From: a virus
Length of the DNA stretch: 47,041 nucleotides
Virus record (IMG/VR): IMGVR_UViG_3300045988_142192
Location: 1 to 47,041 of that record
Strand: one strand, 5' to 3'
Part shown: one piece after another, positions 1-6,389 of the stretch
How the letters are laid out: each line of letters opens with the position of its first letter
Numbering within the stretch: the first letter of the stretch is position 1
Position numbers and translations under genes: made by a program
Notes under the pieces: generated by a model
What the model was told of the DNA's origin: nothing
What the model saw: the letters and a program-made list of their open reading frames with translations, nothing else
Database searches by the model: none

Positions 1-55
1 GTCAAAACTGTGATGGGAGAAATATAAAGACATTTCCCTTAAAATAAAGTTTTTA
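1..55. repeat. Terminal overlap copy 1 (identical to 46987-47041)
   Basis: The exact 55-nt string GTCAAAACTGTGATGGGAGAAATATAAAGACATTTCCCTTAAAATAAAGTTTTTA occurs at both window ends. Confidence 0.95.
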
Positions 56-68
56 ATGGAATATTGCG

Positions 69-108
69 AAGCTATGGAATTAATTTTCTATAGCTTTTTA
101 TTTTTTTA
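69..108 (+). terminator. Intrinsic terminator
   Basis: AAGCTATGGAA / TTCTATAGCTT stem (one G-U pair), a 6-nt loop (tttaat), then a T-run. It follows the stop of ORF 46828-47013 across the circular junction. Confidence 0.6.
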
Positions 109-187
109 TAAACTTATGTATCATTTTCATAACTCATACATATAATAAAGTAACAAAACGTTATACAAGATATGAGGGGGATTAACT

Positions 188-409
188 ATGAAAATATATA
201 CTTTAGAAAATAAAAATGAAATATTAGCTATATTAACTCACAACGATAATATGAGCTATAGAGATTTTAGAAATATATGTTTAGAGGTTAATGAAGAAGC
301 ACAAAATGACTTTTACACTTTAAAAGATATATTAACTAGCGACTATGGTTTCCAAACTGTAGAAGCTTGTGGAGGATTTGAAGTAGCTAAAAGGAAAGGA
401 AGCTTCTAA
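188..409 (+). CDS. hypothetical protein (73 aa)
   Basis: ORF-track ORF with a GAGGGGG Shine-Dalgarno (SD) 7 nt upstream of the ATG. Confidence 0.6.
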   Translation: MKIYTLENKNEILAILTHNDNMSYRDFRNICLEVNEEAQNDFYTLKDILTSDYGFQTVEACGGFEVAKRKGSF

Positions 410-487
410 TGGGTATTATTACAGTTACTTATTTGAGATATATAGCTATTATAGTAGCTTTAATATGAAGAAATAGGAGGGCTTTAA

Positions 488-607
488 ATGGATTGGTCAA
501 AACAATGTTATCAATGTAACAAATTTACAATAATTGAAGAATATGAAGATAGATGGATATGTAAATGCGATATATGTGGAGAAATATTTACAAAATGGAA
601 AAGATAA
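488..607 (+). CDS. small Cys-rich zinc-ribbon-like protein (39 aa)
   Basis: ATG preceded by an AGGAGGG SD. The peptide MDWSKQCYQCNKF..WICKCDICGE has paired CxxC / CxC..C motifs. Confidence 0.4.
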   Translation: MDWSKQCYQCNKFTIIEEYEDRWICKCDICGEIFTKWKR

Positions 608-728
608 AAAATAAAGGTGGGGATAATTCCTCACCTACTACTATTACTACTAATATTTTTATCATTTTTATATAAATTCTTTATAATATATTTTTCTTAT
701 ATTGTAGCAGATTTTAAGGGGGTTGACT

Positions 729-1700
729 ATGTTTAAACCGTTAATAGATGCTTTATTTGATGCAGTTCCAGTTGCTTGGGATATGTATTCTAATTTTATA
801 TATAGATTAGTTACTGGGAGAAAATTTGAAGATACTATTGAAGTTTTGGAGGGGGATATAATGGAAGTTGAAAATATAGTTAAATATGAATATATACCAA
901 CAGAGGAAATTAAAGATATGTCAAAAGAAATGAATGTAATTAAGTTTATCTTTATTGAAGGTGAAAAGGAAGGAATAAAAGCCTGTATAGGATATGACAT
1001 AGAAGGCAATTTAAAAAGTTTTGATATGTTAGAAGGTCATACAATGGTTGGAGGTGCTTCTAGGTGGGGCAAATCTAGCTTTTTAAATGTATTTATAACT
1101 AATATAACTAAAACATATACGAGAAATGAAGTTTGTTTTTTAGGTTGTGATTATAAAAAAGCAGATGTTTATTATTTTAGAAATTATAATAATTTTTTAG
1201 GCATGAGTACAAATAAAAAAGAATTTATAGCTCAAATAAAATGGCTAGAAAAAGAAATGAATAAAAGGGCTGATATATTAGACGAAGCTAATTGTAGGAA
1301 TGTAATAAATTATAATAAAAAACATGATACTAAAATTAGTTATATAATAGTTGTTATAGATGAACTTATTCAAGTTGTAAGTGATAAAGATTGCAAAGAT
1401 ATTCTTCATAAAGTTATGAGTAAGTGTGCGAGTTATGGAATTTACTTTTTATTAGCTACACAAGATTGCACAAAAGAAACTATAGGTAGATGTAAAATGA
1501 ATTGTAGTCAGATAGTAGGATTTCATACATTCGACCAAACAGACAGTGATACTTTAATTGGCAAGGGTTATGATTTACAAGATATAAATGTAAAAGGTAG
1601 ATGCAAAATAAAAAATAGTGAAGGTGTAGTTGAAACTCAAATATTTTATTTGGAAGAAGATGAAATAGATAAATTATTAAAACCTTATTTAAGAGAATAG
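729..1700 (+). CDS. FtsK/SpoIIIE-family DNA translocase-like ATPase (motor domain only, 323 aa)
   Basis: Walker A GGASRWGKSS, Walker B YIIVVIDEL, and an FtsK-like GIYFLLATQ..GRCKMNCSQIVGF block. The AAGGGGG SD sits 6 nt before ATG 729; the ORF track uses TTG 723. Confidence 0.8.
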   Translation: MFKPLIDALFDAVPVAWDMYSNFIYRLVTGRKFEDTIEVLEGDIMEVENIVKYEYIPTEEIKDMSKEMNVIKFIFIEGEKEGIKACIGYDIEGNLKSFDMLEGHTMVGGASRWGKSSFLNVFITNITKTYTRNEVCFLGCDYKKADVYYFRNYNNFLGMSTNKKEFIAQIKWLEKEMNKRADILDEANCRNVINYNKKHDTKISYIIVVIDELIQVVSDKDCKDILHKVMSKCASYGIYFLLATQDCTKETIGRCKMNCSQIVGFHTFDQTDSDTLIGKGYDLQDINVKGRCKIKNSEGVVETQIFYLEEDEIDKLLKPYLRE

Positions 1701-1712
1701 GAGGTGTTTTGA

Positions 1713-2105
1713 ATGGCTTATACTTACAGATTTAAAGATAAGTATGATAACACAATTTATGTAGGCTATACGGGGCAGAAAATGGGCGAGAGAATGAATC
1801 AACATTTTACTAAAGGGCACTTGCCAAAAGAATGTTATTCTAGTGTGGTTAAAATAGAGTATATCAAGTGGAAAACTAAATCAGATGCTCAAGTTATGGA
1901 AGTTTATTTCATCAATAAGTATAAGCCAAAATTTAATAAACAAGACAAAAGAAGTGATACCCTTACAATACAACTAGATGAAAAGGAATGGAAAACTTAT
2001 CAAGTGTTTAAAAAACAAATTGAAAGCAGCACTCCTTACTGGGGATGTTTAACTTATATATTAATAATTGCTTTAATATATGCAATATTCCAGATGATAG
2101 CTTAG
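1713..2105 (+). CDS. GIY-YIG nuclease domain protein with a C-terminal transmembrane helix (130 aa)
   Basis: YTYRF..IYVGYTG..ERMNQH..MEVYFINKYKPKFN matches the GIY-YIG Tyr/Tyr/Arg/Glu/Asn pattern. The C-terminus LTYILIIALIYAIFQMI is hydrophobic. Confidence 0.7.
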   Translation: MAYTYRFKDKYDNTIYVGYTGQKMGERMNQHFTKGHLPKECYSSVVKIEYIKWKTKSDAQVMEVYFINKYKPKFNKQDKRSDTLTIQLDEKEWKTYQVFKKQIESSTPYWGCLTYILIIALIYAIFQMIA

Positions 2106-2115
2106 AGGTGCAAAC

Positions 2116-2286
2116 ATGAATGAGAAAATAAATGAAGCTATAAAGCGAAGTGGACTTAAAAAGAAGTGGATAGCTGAACAATTAGACATAACTTATAATA
2201 GCTTAAGAAGAAAACTAAAGGGTGAAATCCATTTTAGCAAATTGGAACTAGAAAAACTTAACTCTATATTAGAAAAATACCTATAA
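2116..2286 (+). CDS. small helix-turn-helix (HTH) protein (56 aa)
   Basis: ATG 10 nt after the previous stop with an AGAGGTG SD. SGLKKKWIAEQLDITYNSLRRKL is HTH-like. Confidence 0.5.
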   Translation: MNEKINEAIKRSGLKKKWIAEQLDITYNSLRRKLKGEIHFSKLELEKLNSILEKYL

Positions 2287-2488
2287 ATGTGTTATAATTA
2301 TATTACCAATGTATGTATCAAATAAAATTTAAATGGGGTATAACACTTTAAACTCTAAGATTTTGTAAAATTTTATTGACTTGAAAATGTACTTCCTAAA
2401 ATTGGAGGTATATTTTTTTACTTTATTGTTGTATAATATACACTCAATGAGTATAATATTTATATAATAAAAGTACGAGGTGTAAACT

Positions 2489-2686
2489 ATGAATATAGGA
2501 GAAATATTAAAAGAAGCTAGAATAAAAAAGGGATTATCTGTAATAGAAGTTGCTAGAGCATTAGGCATAGACAGAACAACTTATTTTAGGTATGAAAATA
2601 ACCAGGTTAAAAATATTCCAATACAAAATTTACTTAAATTAGCCGATATGTTAGATATAGACTTAAATGAAATGAAAATAAAATAA
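2489..2686 (+). CDS. XRE/Cro-type HTH transcriptional regulator (65 aa)
   Basis: IGEILKEARIKKGLSVIEVARALGIDRTTYFRYENN is a classic XRE HTH. A GAGGTG SD is present. Confidence 0.8.
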   Translation: MNIGEILKEARIKKGLSVIEVARALGIDRTTYFRYENNQVKNIPIQNLLKLADMLDIDLNEMKIK

Positions 2687-2703
2687 TTTTTTTTTATAAT
2701 AAA

Positions 2704-2735
2704 TGTTGCATAATATGCAACAAGTAGGATATAAT
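2704..2735 (+). promoter_or_regulatory. Promoter TTGCAT-18-TATAAT overlapped by a perfect 19-bp palindrome
   Basis: TGTTGCATA-A-TATGCAACA spans 2704-2722. The -35 is at 2706-2711 and the -10 at 2730-2735, directly downstream of the XRE gene. Confidence 0.5.
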
Positions 2736-2783
2736 ATAAATATAGAAACAAGGGAAAGAGAAAATAAAAAAGAGGTGTTGGAA

Positions 2784-3035
2784 ATGAAAATAAAAATAGA
2801 TGAAAGATTCAAAGAAGAAGTATACAACGAGTTACAAGAGAAAAGAAGAGAAGTTGATAAAATGAAAAATAAATTCATAGAAGGGAAATGCAGTGATTAT
2901 GCACTTAGTGGGAAAATTGATTTCTATGAAAAAGAAATTAGTTATCTAGAAGGTAGATTAACTACTTTAGAACTTATAGAAAGTGGATGTTTTTACACAA
3001 TAGTAAATAATGAAGGGGTTGAAGCTTATGTATAA
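2784..3035 (+). CDS. hypothetical coiled-coil protein (83 aa)
   Basis: An internal ATG with an AGAGGTG SD is preferred. The track start at 2703 lies inside the palindrome/promoter. Confidence 0.55.
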   Translation: MKIKIDERFKEEVYNELQEKRREVDKMKNKFIEGKCSDYALSGKIDFYEKEISYLEGRLTTLELIESGCFYTIVNNEGVEAYV

Positions 3036-3168
3036 GTTTGATAGTGAAGCTTTTATAAAAGAAATGGAAAGTCTTGAGGGAGTAGAGGAAACTCCCCTAG
3101 ACTATGAGGAATTTGAGCAAGAGGAATATGAGAGAATGAATGAAAGAGATTTAAAAGGAGGTTTATAA
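3028..3168 (+). CDS. small highly acidic protein (46 aa)
   Basis: The ATG overlaps the previous stop region. The peptide is EGVEETPLDYEEFEQEEYERMNERD. It is below the ORF-track size cut-off. Confidence 0.4.
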   Translation: MYKFDSEAFIKEMESLEGVEETPLDYEEFEQEEYERMNERDLKGGL

Positions 3169-3169
3169 A

Positions 3170-3316
3170 ATGTGTGAAGGGTATTGGGAAACTTGCAAGT
3201 GTGAAGATTGTAAAAAGGTTAAAGAATTATTTTCAGATTTAAGTTTTTATTGGGATAATGAAGAGGAAAGAGAAGAGATAGAAAGAACTATAGAAAGTAT
3301 GGGCTATTCAATATAA
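3170..3316 (+). CDS. small Cys-containing protein (48 aa)
   Basis: AAAGGAGG SD. The peptide is MCEGYWETCKCEDCKK... Confidence 0.4.
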   Translation: MCEGYWETCKCEDCKKVKELFSDLSFYWDNEEEREEIERTIESMGYSI

Positions 3317-3390
3317 ATTAATGAGGCTAGGTTGGGGACACTCAATACTAGCCCTTAAGAGGTGAAAAGACATTTAAAGGAGGGGATAAA

Positions 3391-3612
3391 ATGGAGGAAT
3401 TAGATTTTATAAAAAATGAAAGAGTAAAGCTTCAAAATATTTATTTAAAAGAAGCTAAAAACATATGGACTAATTTTGAAGGTATAGAAGCTGATAAGAA
3501 GCACAAAAAGTCTTACAATGAATATAGAAATAAAGATTACTTTTTAGAAGGATTACAGGCTAAAATAGAGGATATTTTGAAGGATTTAGAATATTACAAA
3601 GAGAATAAATAA
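3391..3612 (+). CDS. hypothetical protein (73 aa)
   Basis: ORF-track ORF with an AAGGAGGGG SD. Confidence 0.55.
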   Translation: MEELDFIKNERVKLQNIYLKEAKNIWTNFEGIEADKKHKKSYNEYRNKDYFLEGLQAKIEDILKDLEYYKENK

Positions 3613-3628
3613 GAGGGAGTACAATAAA

Positions 3629-3733
3629 ATGAGTATAGTTATATTACAAGAGTTTATAAAGGAATTTGGAGTAAAAGCAGATAAAAGGTTTTTTCATTTA
3701 AAACAATACAAAAAGATAAAAGAAGGTAGGTAA
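3629..3733 (+). CDS. small hypothetical protein (34 aa)
   Basis: ATG after a GAGGGAG SD. It fills the gap between two supported genes. Confidence 0.3.
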   Translation: MSIVILQEFIKEFGVKADKRFFHLKQYKKIKEGR

Positions 3734-3738
3734 AGGAA

Positions 3739-4434
3739 ATGGATATAAGATTACTAAAAGCTAATGAAATAGAGTGTAGAATAGGTACTTTTAAAGAAGG
3801 TAAGGGAATTAGTTTATTGCTTTACAAAGATGCTAGAGTTGACATGAGAATACTTGATGAAGTATTTGGGTTTGACGGTTGGGAAAGAGAACATCAACTT
3901 ATAGACGGTAAATTATTTTGCACAGTAAAAGTGTGGAGTGAAAAAAGGAATTGCTGGATAAGTAAGCAAGATGTAGGAACTGAAAGTAATACAGAAAAAG
4001 AAAAGGGGCAAGTATCAGACAGTTTTAAAAGAGCGTGTTTTAACTTGGGAATAGGTAGAGAATTATATACTTCGCCTTTTATATGGGTTCCAGCTTCAAT
4101 GGGGTATAGTAAATATGAAAAATTTGAAGTTAAAGAAATAGGCTATAATGATGATAGAGAAATAAATATGTTAGTTATAGTTGATAGTAAAGGTAAAGAA
4201 TGTTTTAGATTTGGAGATAAAACTAAGCAAGTAAAACAAGTAAAAAGAGAAGTTACAGAAACTATGGTAAAAGCACTTTACAAAATAGCTAATGATAAAG
4301 GTTATAGTGATGATATAGTTGAGAAAGCTTCTAAAAGAGATTATGGAAATAATGTAATAGATATATCAATGAAAAATTATATGACTTTAAAAGCTAAATT
4401 AGAAGGACTTGAAACTAAGAAAATAGGGGCTTGA
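3739..4434 (+). CDS. Rad52/Sak-like single-strand annealing protein (231 aa)
   Basis: KGQVSDSFKRACFNLGIGRELY resembles the conserved Rad52/DUF1071 annealing-protein motif. It sits in a recombination module with a nuclease and SSB. Confidence 0.6.
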   Translation: MDIRLLKANEIECRIGTFKEGKGISLLLYKDARVDMRILDEVFGFDGWEREHQLIDGKLFCTVKVWSEKRNCWISKQDVGTESNTEKEKGQVSDSFKRACFNLGIGRELYTSPFIWVPASMGYSKYEKFEVKEIGYNDDREINMLVIVDSKGKECFRFGDKTKQVKQVKREVTETMVKALYKIANDKGYSDDIVEKASKRDYGNNVIDISMKNYMTLKAKLEGLETKKIGA

Positions 4435-4538
4435 ACTTCATTTAATGAAGCATGGACAGATGAAAATGTTGAGAGTTACGGATTAACGATGTATGATTTA
4501 GATGATAATAATGGTTGGGGAAGTTGGTAAAGTTGGTA

Positions 4539-4562
4539 AATAAGGGTTAATTGCCCTTATTT
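4539..4562 (+). terminator. Hairpin (weak terminator)
   Basis: AATAAGGG-ttaattg-CCCTTATT is a perfect 8-bp stem, but the T-tract after it is short. Confidence 0.35.
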
Positions 4563-4584
4563 GCATTATGAGGGGAGAAATAAA

Positions 4585-4683
4585 ATGAATATATTTAATG
4601 ATTTAATTTTAATGGTAGCAGGATTTGATTTATTTGTGATGTATTTAATATATAAAGCTATAAGTTTTTACAGAAATAATTAA
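4585..4683 (+). CDS. small membrane peptide (32 aa)
   Basis: GAGGGGAG SD. The core LILMVAGFDLFVMYLIY is hydrophobic. Confidence 0.3.
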   Translation: MNIFNDLILMVAGFDLFVMYLIYKAISFYRNN

Positions 4684-4694
4684 GGGGGCATAAA

Positions 4695-5318
4695 ATGGGG
4701 GAGAAAAAAGGAATTGATATAAAAAAATGCAAGTATAAAATTGTAGTTGATAGCAGGGAGAAAGTTAATAAGCACATACTAAATAGTTTTGAAAAAGGTT
4801 TTGAATATAAAGTATCTCACCACGATATGTATAGAGGGAAGAAATCTACTTATTCAGGCCCTATACAATACTACATTCAAGAAAAAGGCCTTAAAGTTGG
4901 AGATTATACTATTGCAGTACAATTGCCCAACGGTGAAGTTATTAATTTTCAAGATAAAATAGTTATAGAAAGAAAAAAAGATTTGAATGAGTTAGCATCA
5001 AACTTATACGATTCAAAAAGTAAAGACGAAGAAGGTCTTACAAGATTTGAGAGAGAGCTTAAAAAAGGATATGAAAAAGGAATAAAAATGCACTTACTTA
5101 TAGAAACTGATAATATGATAGATAAGATATTATCGTCAAAGCATTTTAGATACGATAAAGCTTCTAAAGTATCACCTAAAAGCTTTCAAATGATGCTTTT
5201 AAGTTTATGTAATAGATATAATGTAACAGTTTGGTACACAGATAAGAAAAACTCGGCAAGATTAATACACGACCTACTTTATGTGTATAGCAGAGAATAT
5301 CTGAAAAATATTGATTAA
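4695..5318 (+). CDS. ERCC4/XPF-type nuclease domain protein (207 aa)
   Basis: IVVDSREK ... VGDYTI ... VIERKKDLNELASNL fits the ERCC4 GDxn-ERKxxxD signature. Confidence 0.6.
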   Translation: MGEKKGIDIKKCKYKIVVDSREKVNKHILNSFEKGFEYKVSHHDMYRGKKSTYSGPIQYYIQEKGLKVGDYTIAVQLPNGEVINFQDKIVIERKKDLNELASNLYDSKSKDEEGLTRFERELKKGYEKGIKMHLLIETDNMIDKILSSKHFRYDKASKVSPKSFQMMLLSLCNRYNVTVWYTDKKNSARLIHDLLYVYSREYLKNID

Positions 5319-5352
5319 ACAATTATTAAAATGAAGATTAAAACAAAACAAT

Positions 5353-5379
5353 AAGGACTATGTAATATAGTCTTTTTTG
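5353..5379 (+). terminator. Intrinsic terminator
   Basis: AAGGACTAT / ATAGTCTTT stem followed by a T-run. Confidence 0.6.
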
Positions 5380-5463
5380 TCGTAAAAAATAAAACGATTA
5401 TATATAACAAATATTTCAAAATGAAATACAATATTATTATACAAGAAGTAGGGGGGGTGGAAT

Positions 5464-5643
5464 ATGAAAATAAAAGAATATAGAATTTTAAAAGGTTATA
5501 CTCAATCAGAAATTGCTAATATTTTAAATATAAAACAAAGTAGTTATAGCAACAAGGAACTAGGAAGAAGGGATTTTACAATTGAGGAAATAAAATTATT
5601 AAAAGAATTGTTTGAAGTAACTTATGATGAATTACTAAATTAA
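5464..5643 (+). CDS. XRE-type HTH protein (59 aa)
   Basis: YRILKGYTQSEIANILNIKQSSYSNKELG is an XRE HTH. A GGGGGGTGG SD is present. Confidence 0.65.
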   Translation: MKIKEYRILKGYTQSEIANILNIKQSSYSNKELGRRDFTIEEIKLLKELFEVTYDELLN

Positions 5644-5658
5644 TACAAGGGGGAGTAA

Positions 5659-6378
5659 ATGAGTTATACAATTGTAGATAATGAAATAATTAGAGCAGAT
5701 TTAAAATTTACGCCGAAAATAGTCTTAATAGCTATATTAAGTTATCATAATAAAGAAAAGGGGTACTCTTATCCAAGCCATAGTGATTTGATGCGAGATT
5801 GCTGCATAAAAGATAAGAATACGCTTATAAAAGCTATAAAAGAACTAGAAAATTTAGGATATTTAAGAAAAGAAACTATTAAAGGGGTTGGAAATAGATA
5901 TTACATTAAGGATGTTGTGAAAAACAATACTACTGAAAAAATAAGTAGTGTGAAAAACCCAACTACACCAGTAGGAAAAACCCAACTGGAGGTGTATGAA
6001 AAACCCAACACAATAAATACTAAAACAAATACTAAAACAAATATTAATAATAAAAAGAAACAAATATACAAAGATTTATCTTTTATAGATTTAAGCTTAG
6101 TAAAAGTAACAGAAGAAGAGTATACCAAGTTAATCGAGTTAGCGAAAGGTGATACTGAATTGATACATGATAAAATGCTAAGTTTGGAAGTAGGGATAGC
6201 TAACAAGAAAAAAAAGTATTTAGGATATAAAAATCATTATTTAACATTAAGGCAGTGGATAAACAAAGATAACAAAAAAACACCTACTGCAATAGGTGCT
6301 GAAAATAAAAATATTAAAGTTAATCCTAGTATATGCAACAATAGAAGAAAATATACTCAAAGTTGCGATATTGGGTAG
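5659..6378 (+). CDS. Phage replication initiator / replisome organiser (winged-helix N-terminus, 239 aa)
   Basis: The N-terminus (PKIVLIAILSYHNKEKGYSYPSHSDLMRDCCIKDKNTLIKAIKELENLGYL) is winged-helix-like. Iterons lie inside the linker-coding region. A primase-helicase gene follows. Confidence 0.6.
   Translation: MSYTIVDNEIIRADLKFTPKIVLIAILSYHNKEKGYSYPSHSDLMRDCCIKDKNTLIKAIKELENLGYLRKETIKGVGNRYYIKDVVKNNTTEKISSVKNPTTPVGKTQLEVYEKPNTINTKTNTKTNINNKKKQIYKDLSFIDLSLVKVTEEEYTKLIELAKGDTELIHDKMLSLEVGIANKKKKYLGYKNHYLTLRQWINKDNKKTPTAIGAENKNIKVNPSICNNRRKYTQSCDIG
5917..6011. repeat. Iteron array inside the initiator gene
   Basis: GAAAAACCCAAC occurs at 5952, 5975 and 5998, with exact 23-bp phasing. A degenerate copy, GAAAAACAATAC, is at 5919. 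Confidence 0.8.
6015..6044. repeat. Tandem 12-bp repeat AAATACTAAAAC x2.5
   Basis: Read directly from the sequence. It encodes NTKTNTKTNI in the initiator linker. Confidence 0.8.
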
Positions 6379-6389
6379 GGGGAAGATAT

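Noticed and set aside
1-55. The 55-bp terminal repeat, considered as a genuine phage direct terminal repeat or cos region.
   Set aside because: The match ends exactly at the window boundaries and falls inside and after an ordinary small ORF, with no packaging-type sequence features. It is more consistent with assembler circularisation overlap. The sequence alone cannot exclude the alternative.
668-1009. Antisense ORFs in the six-frame track. These are 668-1009, 2329-2568, 2663-2878, 5863-6206, 8089-8304, 11178-11408, 11542-11751, 15759-16109, 16536-16730, 18542-18832, 23414-23620, 26135-27023, 29057-29287, 30360-30557, 32720-32911, 36949-39218, 40214-40640, 43319-43621, 45001-45312 and 45888-46070.
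   Set aside because: All lie opposite better-supported genes that have SD sequences and recognisable domains. Their products are Ser/Leu/Ile/Phe-rich and low in complexity, as expected for reverse frames of AT-rich, Lys/Glu/Asn-rich genes. None has a convincing SD.
5319-5463. tRNA or tmRNA genes in the larger non-coding gaps (5.3 kb, 13.3 kb, 17.2 kb, 22.5 kb and 41.1-41.7 kb).
   Set aside because: I could not trace a cloverleaf with acceptor, T-arm and GTTC-type features by eye. This is not a rigorous scan, so tRNAscan-SE or ARAGORN should be run.
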